From Monocercomonoides exilis PA203 (Eukaryota; Protista; Preaxostyla), in NCBI GenBank assembly GCA_001643675.2, contig LSRY02000050.1, forward strand, positions 496,001-560,000: 64,000 nt of DNA. The letters run 5' to 3'. Below the pieces are notes generated by a model that saw only the letters and a list, made by a program, of their open reading frames with translations, was not told the origin of the DNA and searched no databases. This document shows positions 40,871 through 55,000 of this stretch, in pieces. The position numbers and the translations under genes are program-made. Within the stretch, counting starts at the first letter, position 1. Each line of letters opens with the position of its first letter.

Positions 40871-42307
40871 CTAAACTCCACTGCTTTGATCCTTTGATTG
40901 ATAAAGCAGCTCGCTCTGTGCCTCCTCTGGCTCGTGCTCAACATTCATCATTTTGTGCCTTTTCCTCACCAACAGCACAACCACCACGACTGTCACTGCT
41001 GCCACAACCAGCACAAACCCCGAAGCTGACGCTGCAATGATTATTATCAGCCTTCTCCTTCTTCTCCCTTCTCTTTCTTTCTCTTCTGATGACTGCCCAT
41101 CGTCCCGCCACTCAGGCAGCTCCACGCTGAATTCCGCTGTCACATCTGTCCCAACCCCGTTGTCCTTCCCCGATGGATACTCAATCTGGAAAGACACATT
41201 TTGCGCCCCACCGAACTCTCTGCTTTTCACATCCAGCGTCATTTTTTTTCTGTCGAACATGTCTGGACGCTCGATCGTCACAACTGTCTTTTCTGTTGCG
41301 CCCTTCACCGTGAAGCCCATCAGAATTCTGCTTCTGCACGGACCAAACCCATAGCCCTCCACCTCAAATCGCAGAAGCTCGTATTTCTGTGCCCAGCTCC
41401 ATGAAACATTCGAGATATTCACGTGGAAATACACATATTTCCCACCGTTTTCGTTCTTCTCCATTTTGCAGTCGCCAATGTCCATCCACAAATCATCCAT
41501 CACATCGTTTCCGTTCAGCGTCTTTATGGCAGAAATGCTCAACGTCCCTTCGCTCTCGCAACGCACTGTCCTGCGCAGATCGGAATAGCCCAAATAAGTC
41601 CATGTGTCAAACGTGTCGTTCCCCAGCCCCAACCACCCGCCCCTCTGCAATATGAACCCACGCACCCCATTCCGAAACGTTGTGTTTTCCATATTCGCTT
41701 TGCACTCGCTCAGTTCAATGCAGCCACTGTTCCATGCACACGCAACTTTTTCTTCATACGAATATTCGTGCGAATAATTTCGTTGATCCTCGACATTGCA
41801 ATTCTTAACAGTAATGCTCGAACTTTTCAAGATCATAAACGGATCCAGTTTTGCGGGATCAGCCGAGCCATCCGAATTTGCCCGCAAATCGATATTCTCG
41901 AGCAGCACCGCGCATTTCTCATCTGCGCTCAGAAACGGGATTGTTCCGTCTTCGTACGCCTTTGTGTTGAAGTTTAGCGACCTCAGCGTGAAGTCTGTCG
42001 AAACAATTTTGAAAAACGGAAACGGCTTGGCGTAATTGGGATAAATCAGCGTGGATCCAGCCCCTGCCTTCGATTGCATCTCGATGCTTCGGCCCTTCAG
42101 CTCAACCGAAGGGTGGCCAAACGCTTCTGAGGGAATAAGAAAATACAATTTATTCGGAGCTGGATGCTGCTTCGAAGCGTATTTCCATGTCAAGCACGGA
42201 TGCTCCATTTCCCCGCAATTTTCACTATCTTCCCCTTGCCCTGAAATATAAATTGTCAGTTCTTCCCCGCGCAGATTTCCCAGAAGCAGAATGATTCGCA
42301 AGAGCAT
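40871..42307 (-). CDS. Type I single-pass membrane surface protein of the Cys/Gly-rich family, apparently complete (478 aa)
   Basis: N-terminal hydrophobic signal-like segment (LLRIILLLGNLRG), the DSENCGEMEHPC motif, and a TM helix LIIIIAASASGFVLVVAAVTVVVVVLLV followed by RKRHK and a short tail. Confidence 0.8.
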   Translation of the reverse strand: MLLRIILLLGNLRGEELTIYISGQGEDSENCGEMEHPCLTWKYASKQHPAPNKLYFLIPSEAFGHPSVELKGRSIEMQSKAGAGSTLIYPNYAKPFPFFKIVSTDFTLRSLNFNTKAYEDGTIPFLSADEKCAVLLENIDLRANSDGSADPAKLDPFMILKSSSITVKNCNVEDQRNYSHEYSYEEKVACAWNSGCIELSECKANMENTTFRNGVRGFILQRGGWLGLGNDTFDTWTYLGYSDLRRTVRCESEGTLSISAIKTLNGNDVMDDLWMDIGDCKMEKNENGGKYVYFHVNISNVSWSWAQKYELLRFEVEGYGFGPCRSRILMGFTVKGATEKTVVTIERPDMFDRKKMTLDVKSREFGGAQNVSFQIEYPSGKDNGVGTDVTAEFSVELPEWRDDGQSSEEKEREGRRRRRLIIIIAASASGFVLVVAAVTVVVVVLLVRKRHKMMNVEHEPEEAQSELLYQSKDQSSGV

Positions 42308-43199
42308 TGAAAGTCAAAATAAAAAAAAGGAGCACAATATAAATACTTATGGAAGTCTGATCGCAGACAAAACAAATTTCTTCTTTTATTTGAGTCTTTG
42401 TCATCTTTTATTTATCAATTATTTTATGCATTTATTTTTTTCAGAAAAAAACAAAACCTCTGCGTCACCCCGAAAAACTTCATTATTCGTCAGTCAATTC
42501 GTAAGTTTTTTATTTTTTTTTATTTTTTTTATTTTTTTTATTTTTTTTTTATTTTTTTATTTTTTATTTTTTTTTTTTCGGTTATAAATTTGATTGGTTG
42601 AGTGGCATAATAACATAAAAATGATTCGTGTTATTATTCTCAAAATTTTCAAAGAAATTATCTCTTGCATAACCCATATTAAATTTATCAAATTTCATCG
42701 TTTGACTTTCGAAAGAATAACACCATAAATTCTGTCAAATTTCGAAAGAGATTTATTGAAATGATTATGACATCAAATATAGATTCATGCAATTTATGTA
42801 TATTTTCCGGATTCCAAATTGAACAATAACTGCATTTGATAGATTTTCTTTGTTGAAAAGCATAGCGAAATCGTTCGTTATCCCCAAAAAGATATATTGC
42901 AATCAACACAAGCTATGGGATTGGAATTCTTCATAACTATCCATTTACAAACACGTCATCGTTCAGTAATGACAGATTAATTTCTTCATTTTCTTCTTAA
43001 AGCCAGTTCCTGCAAGTTGCATGACAGAATAATTGCCTTTTTGTTCTGCTTTTTTTCGAAGGATATTTGAGAGAATATGTGGAAGAAGAGTAAAAATCAA
43101 CAATACCGTGATTGTTTGAGAAATTGGAGAAGAAGAAAAGAGAAGAATGGAAAGAAGAAAATTAAAGTGAAAAGCTATCTTAAACATATTCCTGAGCAG

Positions 43200-44120
43200 C
43201 CTGAGCATCATCGAAGCTCTGAAAATATTTCTCCGAACCGATGAGTGGAGATACTTCGAGAAGAAATGTGGAGCAACTGGTTCAATGGAAAGCGAGAGAG
43301 CTGGTGGGGGAGAATAAGCTGCAACTAAAGAAAGAGGTCGGATGTGAGAATTGGACGAATTTTTTGAGATAAGAAGAAATGGATCTGTTCAATGCTCTGT
43401 TGGACAAGTTTTGTGTGATTGTTGATCGGTCGGTGATGTGGTGGCAGCTGAAGAATATTGCAAAAGAAGAGAACGCACAGAGAATCTCAGCAAAGAAAAA
43501 CTCCGATACAAAAGAGACACCGATGAAGATGAAGGCTATACTGCGCGAGCTGGATAGTTCTTTGGCAATCGAATTGGAGCAGATTCTGTCACAAGAGGGG
43601 AAGCATAGGAGAGTGAGAACGTCCAGTGAAGGAGCGATTTCAGCCAGCAGCAGTCAGGCGAATCTGTTGCACAATCAGCTATGGTGATAAGACAAGGAAG
43701 GAAAATTGCAGCAGATGTTGTGTGGCTGTCAAGGGGAATCGAGAGAGGAGGGATCAACAGAGAAAGAGATTTAGCTTGACTGAGAGTGAGAGGGAGAGGC
43801 TGAAGGAGAGCTTTTATGTGGAAGATGGCAGAAGATATACAAATGGCGAATACGAAATGATGAATCGGTAACAGCAGCAGCAGCCAAAGCGGTAATGGCA
43901 TCGCTCACGGAAGAAGTTGATGAATTTGAGTGGATTGCGATGATGGGAAGGAGGAGAAAAATGAAAAGGAGAACGAGGAACAAACGGAGGATATGGAGGA
44001 GCATGCGGAGAGGGATGCAGTGTGGATGTTACGATTGAGGAAGAGAGCCAATGCAAGGGACGATTGTGGGTTACTCACCGATTATAGCAAATATTCAAAG
44101 GAATGCTGAGTTTGAATATC
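43200..44120 (+). mobile_element. Possible highly decayed IS630/Tc1-like transposase
   Basis: WRYFEKKCGATGSMESERAGGENK...LLDKFCVIVDRSVMWWQLK resembles the Tc1 HTH region. SLTES and GYSPIIANIQ weakly resemble the DES and YSPDLNPIE motifs. Confidence 0.3.
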
Positions 44121-44174
44121 AGCCAATATGAAACATGGGGAATATGTGGATAGAAGGCTCCACACACTGCAAGC

Positions 44175-47100
44175 GGCATAGGTTCAAACGCGTTCCTTTT
44201 GCAATTTGCGTTTTTAAACCATCAGATTATAACGAATTAATAGATAATAATTATTAAAAAACTTTTTATGGACCGATTTTTCGAAAAAAATTTTTCTTGT
44301 TGAAAAAAATGATTTTTGTAAAATGACCCATAAAAACATGAATTTCATCGAAAAATATTCAAATTGAAAAGAAAATGTGATTTTTACACATCAAAAGTGT
44401 TTGCATTATTATATAGACTTATTTAATTTATTAATTTTCATCATTAACAATAATGATCATAAAAAATTTTTTTTATTAAATATCTTTGATCTGACCCACA
44501 ATAAAATTTTTTATGTCTGGAAAAGTTGAATATGCTGTTATTGTTTAATTAGAACTCAAAAATGTGTGACTCGTTCACTTTTATATTTAATTATTTTATT
44601 ATTGTTATTTTAGTGAATGTTGAATGTGAAAAATACTTTTATTCTTTAGTCAAGTTAACTTGTATACATGCACTTTATTATTCAGAAGCAACAAATGACA
44701 CATTTCACAAAAGATGAAAATGGTTGGTAAACGGTTAGTCGAAATTCTGAATGAATAAAAAATGCATATTTATATAAAAACTTTGAAAAACTTACATATT
44801 CTTTCATTTTTTTTCCTTATAATTTTGAATTAGACCTAACAAATGCAATGAAACAGGAAATTTAATGGTTTAATAAATCGTAAAGGTCTTAAAATCAATT
44901 TGAGTTGAGAATAATTGAGAATTTGTATATAATGAGTGAATTTTTTTATTCATTTTTTTTTTATATTCATAAAATGTCTCAAATTTTTATAGAAAAGTTG
45001 TTAATAAAAACAATGAAAAGAAAGTTTTGGTTTTTTTGTATTTTTAATTTTGAAACTGCTTTTGACATAATTCTTATCATGTCTTCTTCAAAAATACTTA
45101 AATCATTTCATTCTCAAAATCGGAAATACAACATAAAACAAAAATGAATAAGATATTCATATTCATGCAGCTCTATCAAAACAATTGAAAGCAATAACAA
45201 CATGGAATTTGCAATAAAAAGATTTGTTAATTGCAGTATCTGCAAAGTGAAGAAGTCTCAATAAATAATTTGAAATGTTTTCTGTTTCAATTCTTTTTCA
45301 TTCTCCACTCATTGTTATTCCACTTTCTAGCGAATTCGATGTTGTTGTATCTTTCATCAAAACTAAACTCTTCACAACATCCACAAGAGATCCATCCCAT
45401 TTGCACATCTCCTGTTCTTCATTCAAATGATATTCATTTCTCTCATTTGCACTTCCATCAAACACGCATGATCCAATCCTCACATCCAAGCATTCACAAA
45501 ACTCCATTATTCTTCCCTTCTTTTTTGTGCTCCGACATTTCACAAAGGAACAGCTCAGAACACTCAATCCCCTTTCAGCTCCATCCATCTTCATCATACT
45601 TCATTCAATAGCCACTGAAATATTCTCAAACTTCACTTCCTTCATCTCTGCCTTCGCTTTCTCCCCAACTCTCACTGTTTCCCCCTCACACTCGATATTC
45701 AATATTCGTGTCTCAGCAATTGACACACAAGATTCTCCACAGAACGACAGAAATAGCACAGCTGAATGAATTCCACTGAACAACGTTTCGCTCATCTTTA
45801 GCTCTCCACTCTCTGCATCAAGAATCATGCACTTCATCACCAGATCCATTGTTGACGAGCTGAAAAGACACTCTGAAATCTCCAATCTTCCATCCTTCTC
45901 TTTCAAAACACTCTCCTCAACCCCTTCAAATCCCTCTCCAAACACAAACTGGCACCTCTCCACAACACACTCATTCACAAACACCATCACACGCCTCTCC
46001 TCTCCTCTTCCCTCCATCCTCCCGCAAAAATGGATTGTCGCCTTCTCTCTCCGAATCGGCACCATCCTCACATCCCCAATCACACATCCCTCTCCCATCA
46101 TCCCTTCCCCATCAATAAAAATCATATTTACAACACTTCGTTCGATGTGCTGCACAGCATTTCCAACGCTCTCACACGGATTGCTCTGTGCTCCACACTG
46201 CCTGCTGTCACTCCCATTCACACACACAAACACCTGTGAAGAATAATAGAATGTGATCAGTGAAATCAGATCAACGTCAACTTTCCCTTCTCCATCGCTC
46301 CCACACATCGACTTCTCCCCCTTCAGCGCCTCCTGGCTGAAGTCCAGTCCAAAAAGTCTTTCATTCAGCTGCAACTCAATCAAATCACACCGGATGAAAA
46401 CATCCTTCCCCACAAATGCATCATTCATCATGAATCGGATGCTCTCCAATCTCAGCCCAAGTGGTGGCATTTCCGTGTTGGAGCATTCCACATTCGGATC
46501 AAGCGCATCAATCATCATCCCTCCTCCCCTTCCATTCCCTGTCGAGCACACACACATCCCAAATGAACACCCACTCACTTTCACCTCCGACTCTCCTCTC
46601 TTCATCAGCATCTTCATCCCTCCGCCTTCTGTGCTCCTCTCGCTCATGCACTTCGTCAGCACACACCCTTCAATCACACATTCCATCCCATTCAAGAATG
46701 ATCCCACACTCATCACACATGCCCTGTTCTCTAAACATGTGATGTTTGCAAATGAGGAGCTGTTCACCCTCACTCTTTGTTTTGTGTTTTCTCTTGCTTT
46801 GTTGATCAACATGCTTGGCAGCAATGGCTGACTCAGCGATATCAGACTCCTTCCTGAGATTATTGTGCTCGAAGCAGACACATTCATCACATCAATCACT
46901 TCCACTTCTGGTGCAAACTCTAAAACCCCTTTGGCCAGATTGAATTGAGAAAGGGTGCAATCCTCAATCACCACACTCCCTCCATCTGCGATTACCAATG
47001 AATATTTCGTTTCCTTTGTTGAATCCTCACAAACAAATGAGCACCTCACAACTGAAAGTGTTGCAGAGGAGGATGATAATGATTGGATGAGTGATGAATG

Positions 47101-49544
47101 TCTCCCCAATTCATTTGGCAAAGAAAATGAAATATTGGTGAATGAAAGACAAATATTCGATGTTATCATCGACTTTCCAATATCCTCAGCATCCATTTCT
47201 CTCACTTTCAGAACTGTTCCTTTCTCTCTCCCCTCAATTGATGCAATAAAAGTTATTGATAATGATGATGATTGCAAAGATATTGATTTTTGAAGCAATC
47301 CTGATTCAACAATGCTGATAGAGGTTTCCCCTTCCTCAAGTATCGAATATCTCAGTGATATCAAGTGCTCAATCGATGAACATGGTGCTTCAGAAAACCC
47401 ACATCCTCTGAAGTCTCCTCCTTCTTTTCCCGAAACAAACCCATTCCCACTCCAGTTGTTCCACAAATACACAACCAATGGAATCACATATCCCTCCTCT
47501 CCTGTCATCTTCCTCTCCCATCCACACAACTTATCCAACGATCCCAACTCCAGTGGACTCATCTCCCATTTTAAATAATCCTCATTCACAATCTCACTCA
47601 GATCCCATCCAGAAACAAACATGTTCTTCCCTTTCCAAGCATTGCATCCCTCAAATGTCATGTTCTCCAATGAAAATGTTCCCATTTGATCGGCAAGTTC
47701 AGCAAACATCCCTCCTCCCATTCCTCTCCCTCCATTCTCAACATCCTCTGATGGCACAGCACATTCTGACAAATTCACTCCACTCACTCTCAATGTTCCT
47801 CCATTTCCCACTGATATCATCATCCCTCCCCCTTTCATTCCACTTCCACCTGAGCAGATTGAGGATATATTGCTTTCTTCAATATTCACAATCCCATTCA
47901 CACCCATCTCAACATTCAAACATCCTCCTCCTCCTCCACTCCCACCAACAACTTCCACTCCACTCATTCGGCTGTGATTCATCTCCAATTCAACACCATT
48001 CGAAACAACAATTGGCGATTTCCCACTCATTCTCACTCCCCTTTCCATCACAAATCCATGAACAATTAGCCCTCCTCCTTCAATACAAATCACATTGTAT
48101 CCAATCATTTCCTCGTCCACTTCATTTATCCTCAATCCTTGTTCAGATTTCTTGATTGATAAAATACATCCTCCACTTTCATTCAACGATTCCACTCGAA
48201 CATTTAAGAAATGGCAAGTAATTCCAGAATCATGAATGACAAAAATACTGTTTCCAACATTGCATGATTCCATCGACAGATCATTCACTTCCACATTGCC
48301 TCCAATCGCATCCACAAACACACAATCAAATCCATTGTTCACTTCTGCTTCTGAATGGAGCGAACATTTACTTATCACCAAATCTCCATTTCTGTTTGAA
48401 ATAATTGTTTTGGCTGAATTGTCAAATCCTATTGTTAGTTGAAGTTGGATGTTGGACAATTCAAGATGGTCATCATTTTCCATGAAATATTCCAAATGAT
48501 TTCCAACTGCCTTTTCAAAATTCAATATTGCTTTTGTATCTTCTTCTCCCATCTTTACACCCTTTTTGATCTGATAATTGGACATGTTGAATGAATCTCG
48601 AATAACAGTCGATCCATCAATCTGAATTGTTTTCATTCCACTTTCCTTTTCCATGTTTTCCATCCATTTCTACATCGTTTGGCATGGTTCTTCCTCGCTT
48701 CTACATATTACAACATCTAATTCACTGTTAGAGTAAAATAAATCAAATTCAAACAATTATTTTTTTTTTATGGTAAAAAAAACCAAACTTTTATTTAGTA
48801 TATGTTTTTATTTCTCAATATTGAGCTATTTTGTGTAAGTAATGTTTTATTTTGCAACATTGATTTATTTAAGCATGCTATGATCGAGCCTAATACAAAA
48901 AAATATTAATATACCAAAAAACAAGAAAAAATTCGTAGGAAAATAGCTAAATAAATATTTGTTTGATGAAAAAAACTATATAAAACCTTTTGCGTTCCAT
49001 TGCCACTTTTTTTGAAATTTTAATCTTTCAGCTTAACAACATGGAAGTGAAAATGCATGTGTTTGTGTCACTGATAATAAAAGTATTTTTCACATTCAAC
49101 ATTCACTAAAATAACAATAATAAAATAATTAAATATAAAAGTGAACGAGTCACACATTTTTGAGTTCTAATTAAACAATAACAGCATATTCAACTTTTCC
49201 AGACATAAAAAATTTTATTGTGGGTCAGATCAAAGATATTTAATAAAAAAAATTTTTTATGATCATTATTGTTAATGATGAAAATTAATAAATTAAATAA
49301 GTCTATATAATAATGCAAACACTTTTGATGTGTAAAAATCACATTTTCTTTTCAATTTGAATATTTTTCGATGAAATTCATGTTTTTATGGGTCATTTTA
49401 CAAAAATCATTTTTTTCAACAAGAAAAATTTTTTTCGAAAAATCGGTCCATAAAAAGTTTTTTAATAATTATTATCTATTAATTCGTTATAATCTGATGG
49501 TTTAAAAACGCAAATTGCAAAAGGAACGCGTTTGAACCTATGCC
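44175..49544. mobile_element. Non-autonomous cargo-carrying DNA transposon copy 1 (Merlin-like), 5370 bp
   Basis: TIRs at 44175-44643 and 49076-49544 (469 bp, GGCATAGG...CCTATGCC). 8-bp TSD CTGCAAGC at 44167-44174 and 49545-49552. Confidence 0.93.
45298..48712 (-). pseudogene. Cargo of copy 1: internal fragment of a Cys/Gly-rich beta-helix-like surface protein gene (1020-aa open stretch)
   Basis: ORF 45601-48663 continues past a TGA into 45298-45597 and upstream past a TAG to DVVICRSEEEPC. Repeated CGxxxxPC and GGGM motifs; no signal peptide or TM segment. Confidence 0.85.
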
Positions 49545-50899
49545 CTGCAAGCAACATCAGCAGCAATATTATCCTTTCTCTTCTCGGAAACAAGCACAAG
49601 CACAAGCACCAACGTGAATGCAGCAGTCACCAAGGCTACCCCATGCATGCCAGGGAGCATTGATAAACACTGGGTTCTTCACACACGAAGATGGAATTGA
49701 CAATTATTACTTAATTTCATCTAATCCTCTTCTATTTTTTCTTCCTCTTCCTCTTCTTCTTTTGCCTTCTTTCTCTTCTCTTCTTCTTCTGCCTTCTTTC
49801 TATTCTCTTCTTCTTCTTCTTCTTCTCCGCCTCCTCCTCCTCCCCCTCTTCTTCTTCCTTCTCCTCCTCGTCGTCTTCTCATTCTTCTTTTTCTTCTTTT
49901 TCTTCTTCAAAAGATAATAATGCTCTTCGAATACTTCATTTTCGTCTCCTTTTCATTATAGAATTATCGAACAAAAAAAAGTCATTTAAAAAACTAATTT
50001 GCTTCTTCAACACACTCATTGCAATTTTTCCTTCTCTCTGCATTTCTTTCAATGGAAACACCACCGCCTCCCGCTTCGCATCCATCGATCTCTTCTTCTT
50101 CTAATGCCTCTCTTACTCAAACACTCCACTCACGCTCCAATCTGGCCTTTCCTTCTTCTCTCTTTCGTCCACACCGTCTGAAAAAGAAGCTTCTCGTACA
50201 TCTGAAAGCAGATTCCTGCCATCTTTCAGCTGAGTGCTGAGAATATGGAAGCATTGATTATCATTTTTCATTGTATTGTGCTTCTAAAGAAATTTCCACA
50301 TCTAGCGCTGTCACAATAGAGAAGAGAGCAATGTTCATGCTTTTGGAAGCAGCATCAGCTCGTTTGATAACCTCATCTTGTTGAATTCTGCAGGAACGGC
50401 GTGTACAATTTTGAAGATAGCGCTGCTTGAAGGCGAAAAAAGGAACATGCCCATCGGGAGAGAAATGGTTAGAACAAAAGAAGAGATAGGTGGAATTATG
50501 ATTATTGACTGAAGAAAGGAAAATCATTTTCATTTAGAAAAAATATGAGATGTCACATTAAAAATTCGCATGTTTATTTCTAATAAGAAATGAAAATGAT
50601 CTGAAAAAAGATTTTTTCACAATATCACAATTCTTACAAACAGTTCTTTTCTCAATTGACAAGCTCTGACGTTTTTCCCCAACTGCTTTGCAATCTCTTG
50701 AAAATAATCGATTTCCAAAAAATTCGCTGAACAGAAATTGAATTGGTCCATTTAAAAATGTTGAGAATATATTGAAGATATCACTTTCTCTGAAAATATT
50801 GAGAAAGAATTATTTGTAACGTCATCAATCATGCGTTTATCCATTTTATTTTTTCAAAAGTTGATAAATACGACAACGAAGAATAATAAGCTCTTTTCT

Positions 50900-51280
50900 C
50901 TATGACCGAACAAGTTTATCAAGTTTCTCGATGCAGTAAATCAGTCGAAAATATCAATAGTTGAACACTGTATTGAATATTCTGCGAAATGCATTATTTT
51001 CAATACTTAAACATGAAAATAGACTCCGTTCACTGGCTGAAAAGAACTCGTGCAATTCGCATCATCATCATCGGCATGTCCCTCCTTTGCTTCACAAATA
51101 TTGTTATTTGCGAACTGCACAATTATTATTATTCTCCAATGAATTCCTTCGTATTTGATGTTCATTTTTTCATGATAATGAATATCTTCTTTGAAACAAA
51201 ACAATTTTTCAAAATTAATACTTTCTAGTAAGTCAAATATCTTTTCACCATTGCTTGCAGCTTTGAGCACTTCATTTAAT
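50900..51280 (-). mobile_element. Possible very decayed pogo-like transposase fragment
   Basis: AASNGEK and ANCTSSFQPVNGVYF weakly resemble the DDE_1 motifs AxGxKL and PNxTSxLQPLD. Confidence 0.3.
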
Positions 51281-52001
51281 TTTCAGAGCATGAATGAATT
51301 TGAAATTTCCACGATTATCTAATCAATGCTCAAAATATCTCCATTTATCGAATCCGAGAAACCAATATTTTGTTTTGCATTAAGAATTGACAAGTGACTT
51401 GACAGTGACGAAAGTTTCAAATTTTTGGAAAGTGACAAAAGATCTGAAAAAGTGACGATCAAAAAAATCATTAACTGACTTGATCAAAATTCTTATTTAA
51501 AATTTAAAATTGAGATCCAAGTTTGGATAAAAAACTGTTTTTTTCAAATTTTTAATAAATATTTTTTCAAAATGACAACAAAATTTAATTTTCTGTATGG
51601 ACAAGCCAGCAGAAAAAAAAGAACTTTCGATTAAATCAAACAGTGACAAGAAAAATTTCAATTCGTTAGTCACTAAAGTGAAAAAAGCTCGTCACTGGCA
51701 GGGTGACGAGGAGGTTTAAAAAAAAACCATTGTTTTGCTTTATTTTCATTTTTCACTTCATGTTATCAAAAAATAAATGAAAAAGGTTATTCATGAATTT
51801 CTGCAAAAGGCAAAAATGCAAATCACAAAATCGAAAATGAAGAAAATATTGTGATAACTGATTTCAATGAAAACTGAAAAAAATAATTGAACTGAAAATT
51901 GTTTTCTGATTGAATCTTAATGTTAGCATTTTGTTTTACAAGAAAACATTCATTCACTTTCTTCCCTTCGATCTGAGAGTATCACAAAAGGGTCAGTCAC
52001 G

Positions 52002-55000
52002 GGCATAGGACTAAATGCGCTCCTTTTGTAAATTGCGTTTTTAGGCATTAAAATTATGATGAATAAATAGGTAATAATTTTTAAAAAACTTTTTATGGAC
52101 CGATTTTTCGAAAAAAATTTTTCTTGTTGAAAAAAATGATATTTGAAAAATGACCCATAAAAACATGAATTTCATTAAATGATATTCAAATAATAAAGAA
52201 AACGTGATTTTTTCGAAACAAAAGTGTTTGCATTATTATATAGACATATTTTAATTGTTAATTTTCATCATTAACAATAATGATCATAAAAAATTTTTAA
52301 TTAAATATCTTTGATCTAACCCACAATAAATTTATAAATATATGCATAAGTTGAATATGTTGATTTTAGAAAAAATCGAACTCAATAGTTTGCCATAATT
52401 TCATTTTTATATATAAAATAAAAGCATATTGTTATATGCGCACTTGTTTTGTGTTGAAAACATCTTTTATTCACAGTTGCATTAAAGTGTGCCTTTTTGC
52501 TTGAATATTCTAAACTACCTAATATTAGTTCATTTTCGTTCGCAAAGGAACGCAAAAGGTTATATATAACTCTTTAAATAACTATATTATTTATTTTGCT
52601 TTAATATTTCATATATTTTCTTGTTCTTTTATATTTCTATGTTTTTTTTGAATTAGATGAGATCATTGCATTATTAAATGAAACTTTTTACTCAGATAAA
52701 CTTCAATTTCCCAATGCAATATTATATTGAGTTATTAAAACAATGAACAGAATAAAAGTTTGTCATTTGCAAGTTTTTAAAAAAATACGAAAAAATGAGT
52801 TGATTTAACTTTTTTTGTAGATTTGATGTTGTTTATTGCAGAAGTGAAGAAGAACCATGCTTAACATTGTGGAAAGGGATGGGAAACATAAAAGAAGGAA
52901 ATGAAACGAAAACAATTCAAAGAAAAGGATCAACTATTATTCAAGATACTTTCAACATGTCCAATTATCAGATCAAAAAAAGTGTAAAGATGGGAGAAGA
53001 GAACACGAAAGCAATATTGAATTTTGAAAAGGCAGTTGGAAGTCAACTGGAATATTTCATGGTGAATGAAATTCATCTTGAATTATCAAACATTCAACTT
53101 CAACGAAAATCGGGATTCGACAATTCAGCCAAAACCATTATTTCGAATATAAATGGAGATCTGGCGATATCTGGATGTTCATTCCATTCAGAAGCAGAAA
53201 TGAACAATGGATTTGATTGTGTGCTTGTGGATGCGATTGGAGGAAGCGTAGAAGTGAATGATTTGTCAATTGAATCATGCAATGTTGGAAACAGCGTTTT
53301 TGCAATTAACAATGCTGGAGTTTCTTGCCATTTTGTGAATGTTCGAGTGAAATTGTTGGATGAAAGCGGAGGATGTCTTCTTCTGATCAAATGATCTGAA
53401 CCAGGATTGAAGATTAATGAAGGAGAACTGATTGTTGATAAATTTGTGATTGAGGGTGGAGTGACGCTGACGATGAACGGTAAATCACCAATAACAATAA
53501 CCAATGGAGAGAAGTTGGACATAAAGAAAGGCAGAGTGAGTGGAGTGACGGTGGAAGGTGGGAGTGGAGAAGGAGGATGCATCGGTGCAGAGATACAAGC
53601 AGAAGGAAGCGCAATTGTGGATAACTGCAGCATTTCAACAACATGCACAGGTGGAGGTGGGATGAAAGGAGGAGGGATGATGATTTCAGCTGAGAACGGA
53701 GGAAGTTTGGAGATTAAAAGCGTAACGTTCACAGGATGCCAGGTGCCAGCAGAGGACAACTTGCAGAAAGGAAGAGGAATGGGAGGAGGGATGTTTGTTC
53801 GATTGGCAGATACAATGGAATCATTTGTGCTTGAAGGAGTGACATTCAGCAGGTGCAATGCTTGGAAAGGGAAGAAAGTGTTCATATCGGGAAATGAGCT
53901 GGACGAGGTTATGTCGAACGAACAACTGAAATGGTGGTTGAGCTCAAGTGATGAGAAGTCATTGGATGAGCTGTGTGGATGGGAGAGAGCAAGCACAGAT
54001 GAGGGATATGTGATTCCATTGGTTGTGTATTTGTGGAGGAACTGGAGCAAAGATGGGTTTGTATCGAATGAAAAAGGAGGAGACTTCAGTGGGTGTGGCT
54101 TTTCTGAAGCACCGTGTTCATCGATCAATCACCTGATATCACTGAGATATTCGACACTTGGAAAAGGCGAATCCCAGATCAGCATTGGGGATTCAGGGTT
54201 GCTGAGCCATTCGATATCATTCTTGTCTTCGTTGCCATCTTTGCCAGATTCAGATTCACCAAAAGTTGTGATAAAAGGAACAAAGAAAGGAACAAGCGTG
54301 ACAATTACTGATGAAGACGAAAATGATTTGGATGATGGTTCAATGATATCATCAAATGTGAGTCCGTCATTTGTGAATGTGTCATTCATAAAGCCTAACA
54401 TCACTTCTCATCAAGCAATATTCATTGAATCGTCAGGAACAAACACATTATTGTCTGTTTCAGATTGTTCATTTGGGTCAGCTGGCGGGACGGTTGAAAG
54501 TTTTGCATATTGCGTGATAAAAGTGAACGGAGGGAGCGCAGCAGTTCAGAGTTGCACTTTGAATAAGATCAACGAATTGAAAGGATTCATTGCTTTCAGT
54601 GCAACAGCAACAAGGGAGGTGATTGTGGAGGATGTGAACATCTCGAATGTTGGGGTGAAGGAGAGAAGTCTGAAATCGATGTTTGAGGATGAACAGATGA
54701 ATGGGATGAAAGCCAAAAAAGTGATAAATGGAGGGGGAAAATGGGAATTCAAACAACGAAAAAGTGGTGATAAAAGTGAATGGCTCTTCGTTTTCATACA
54801 TCACAAATGGAGAAAACAGAGCAGGGGTGTAGAGTGTGGATTCATTTGCGAGGGCAATGAAGTGTGTGTTGGAGGGGTGTTCGGTCTCGAGTTGCAGGAG
54901 TGAAATGAGCGAGGAAGAAGGAGGGATGAAAGTGTGTCTGAAGAGAGGAGAATCAAAAGTGAGAGTTGTTGGGTGTTCGCTGGGGATGTGTTCGTGCTCT

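Noticed and set aside
45827-48442. Numerous antisense ORFs over the cargo genes (also 53100-55647)
   Set aside because: Shadow frames of the purine-rich sense ORFs.
49076-52360. Composite element formed by the inner TIRs of copies 1 and 2
   Set aside because: Each copy has its own matching TSD pair and best-matching TIR partner, so they are independent insertions.
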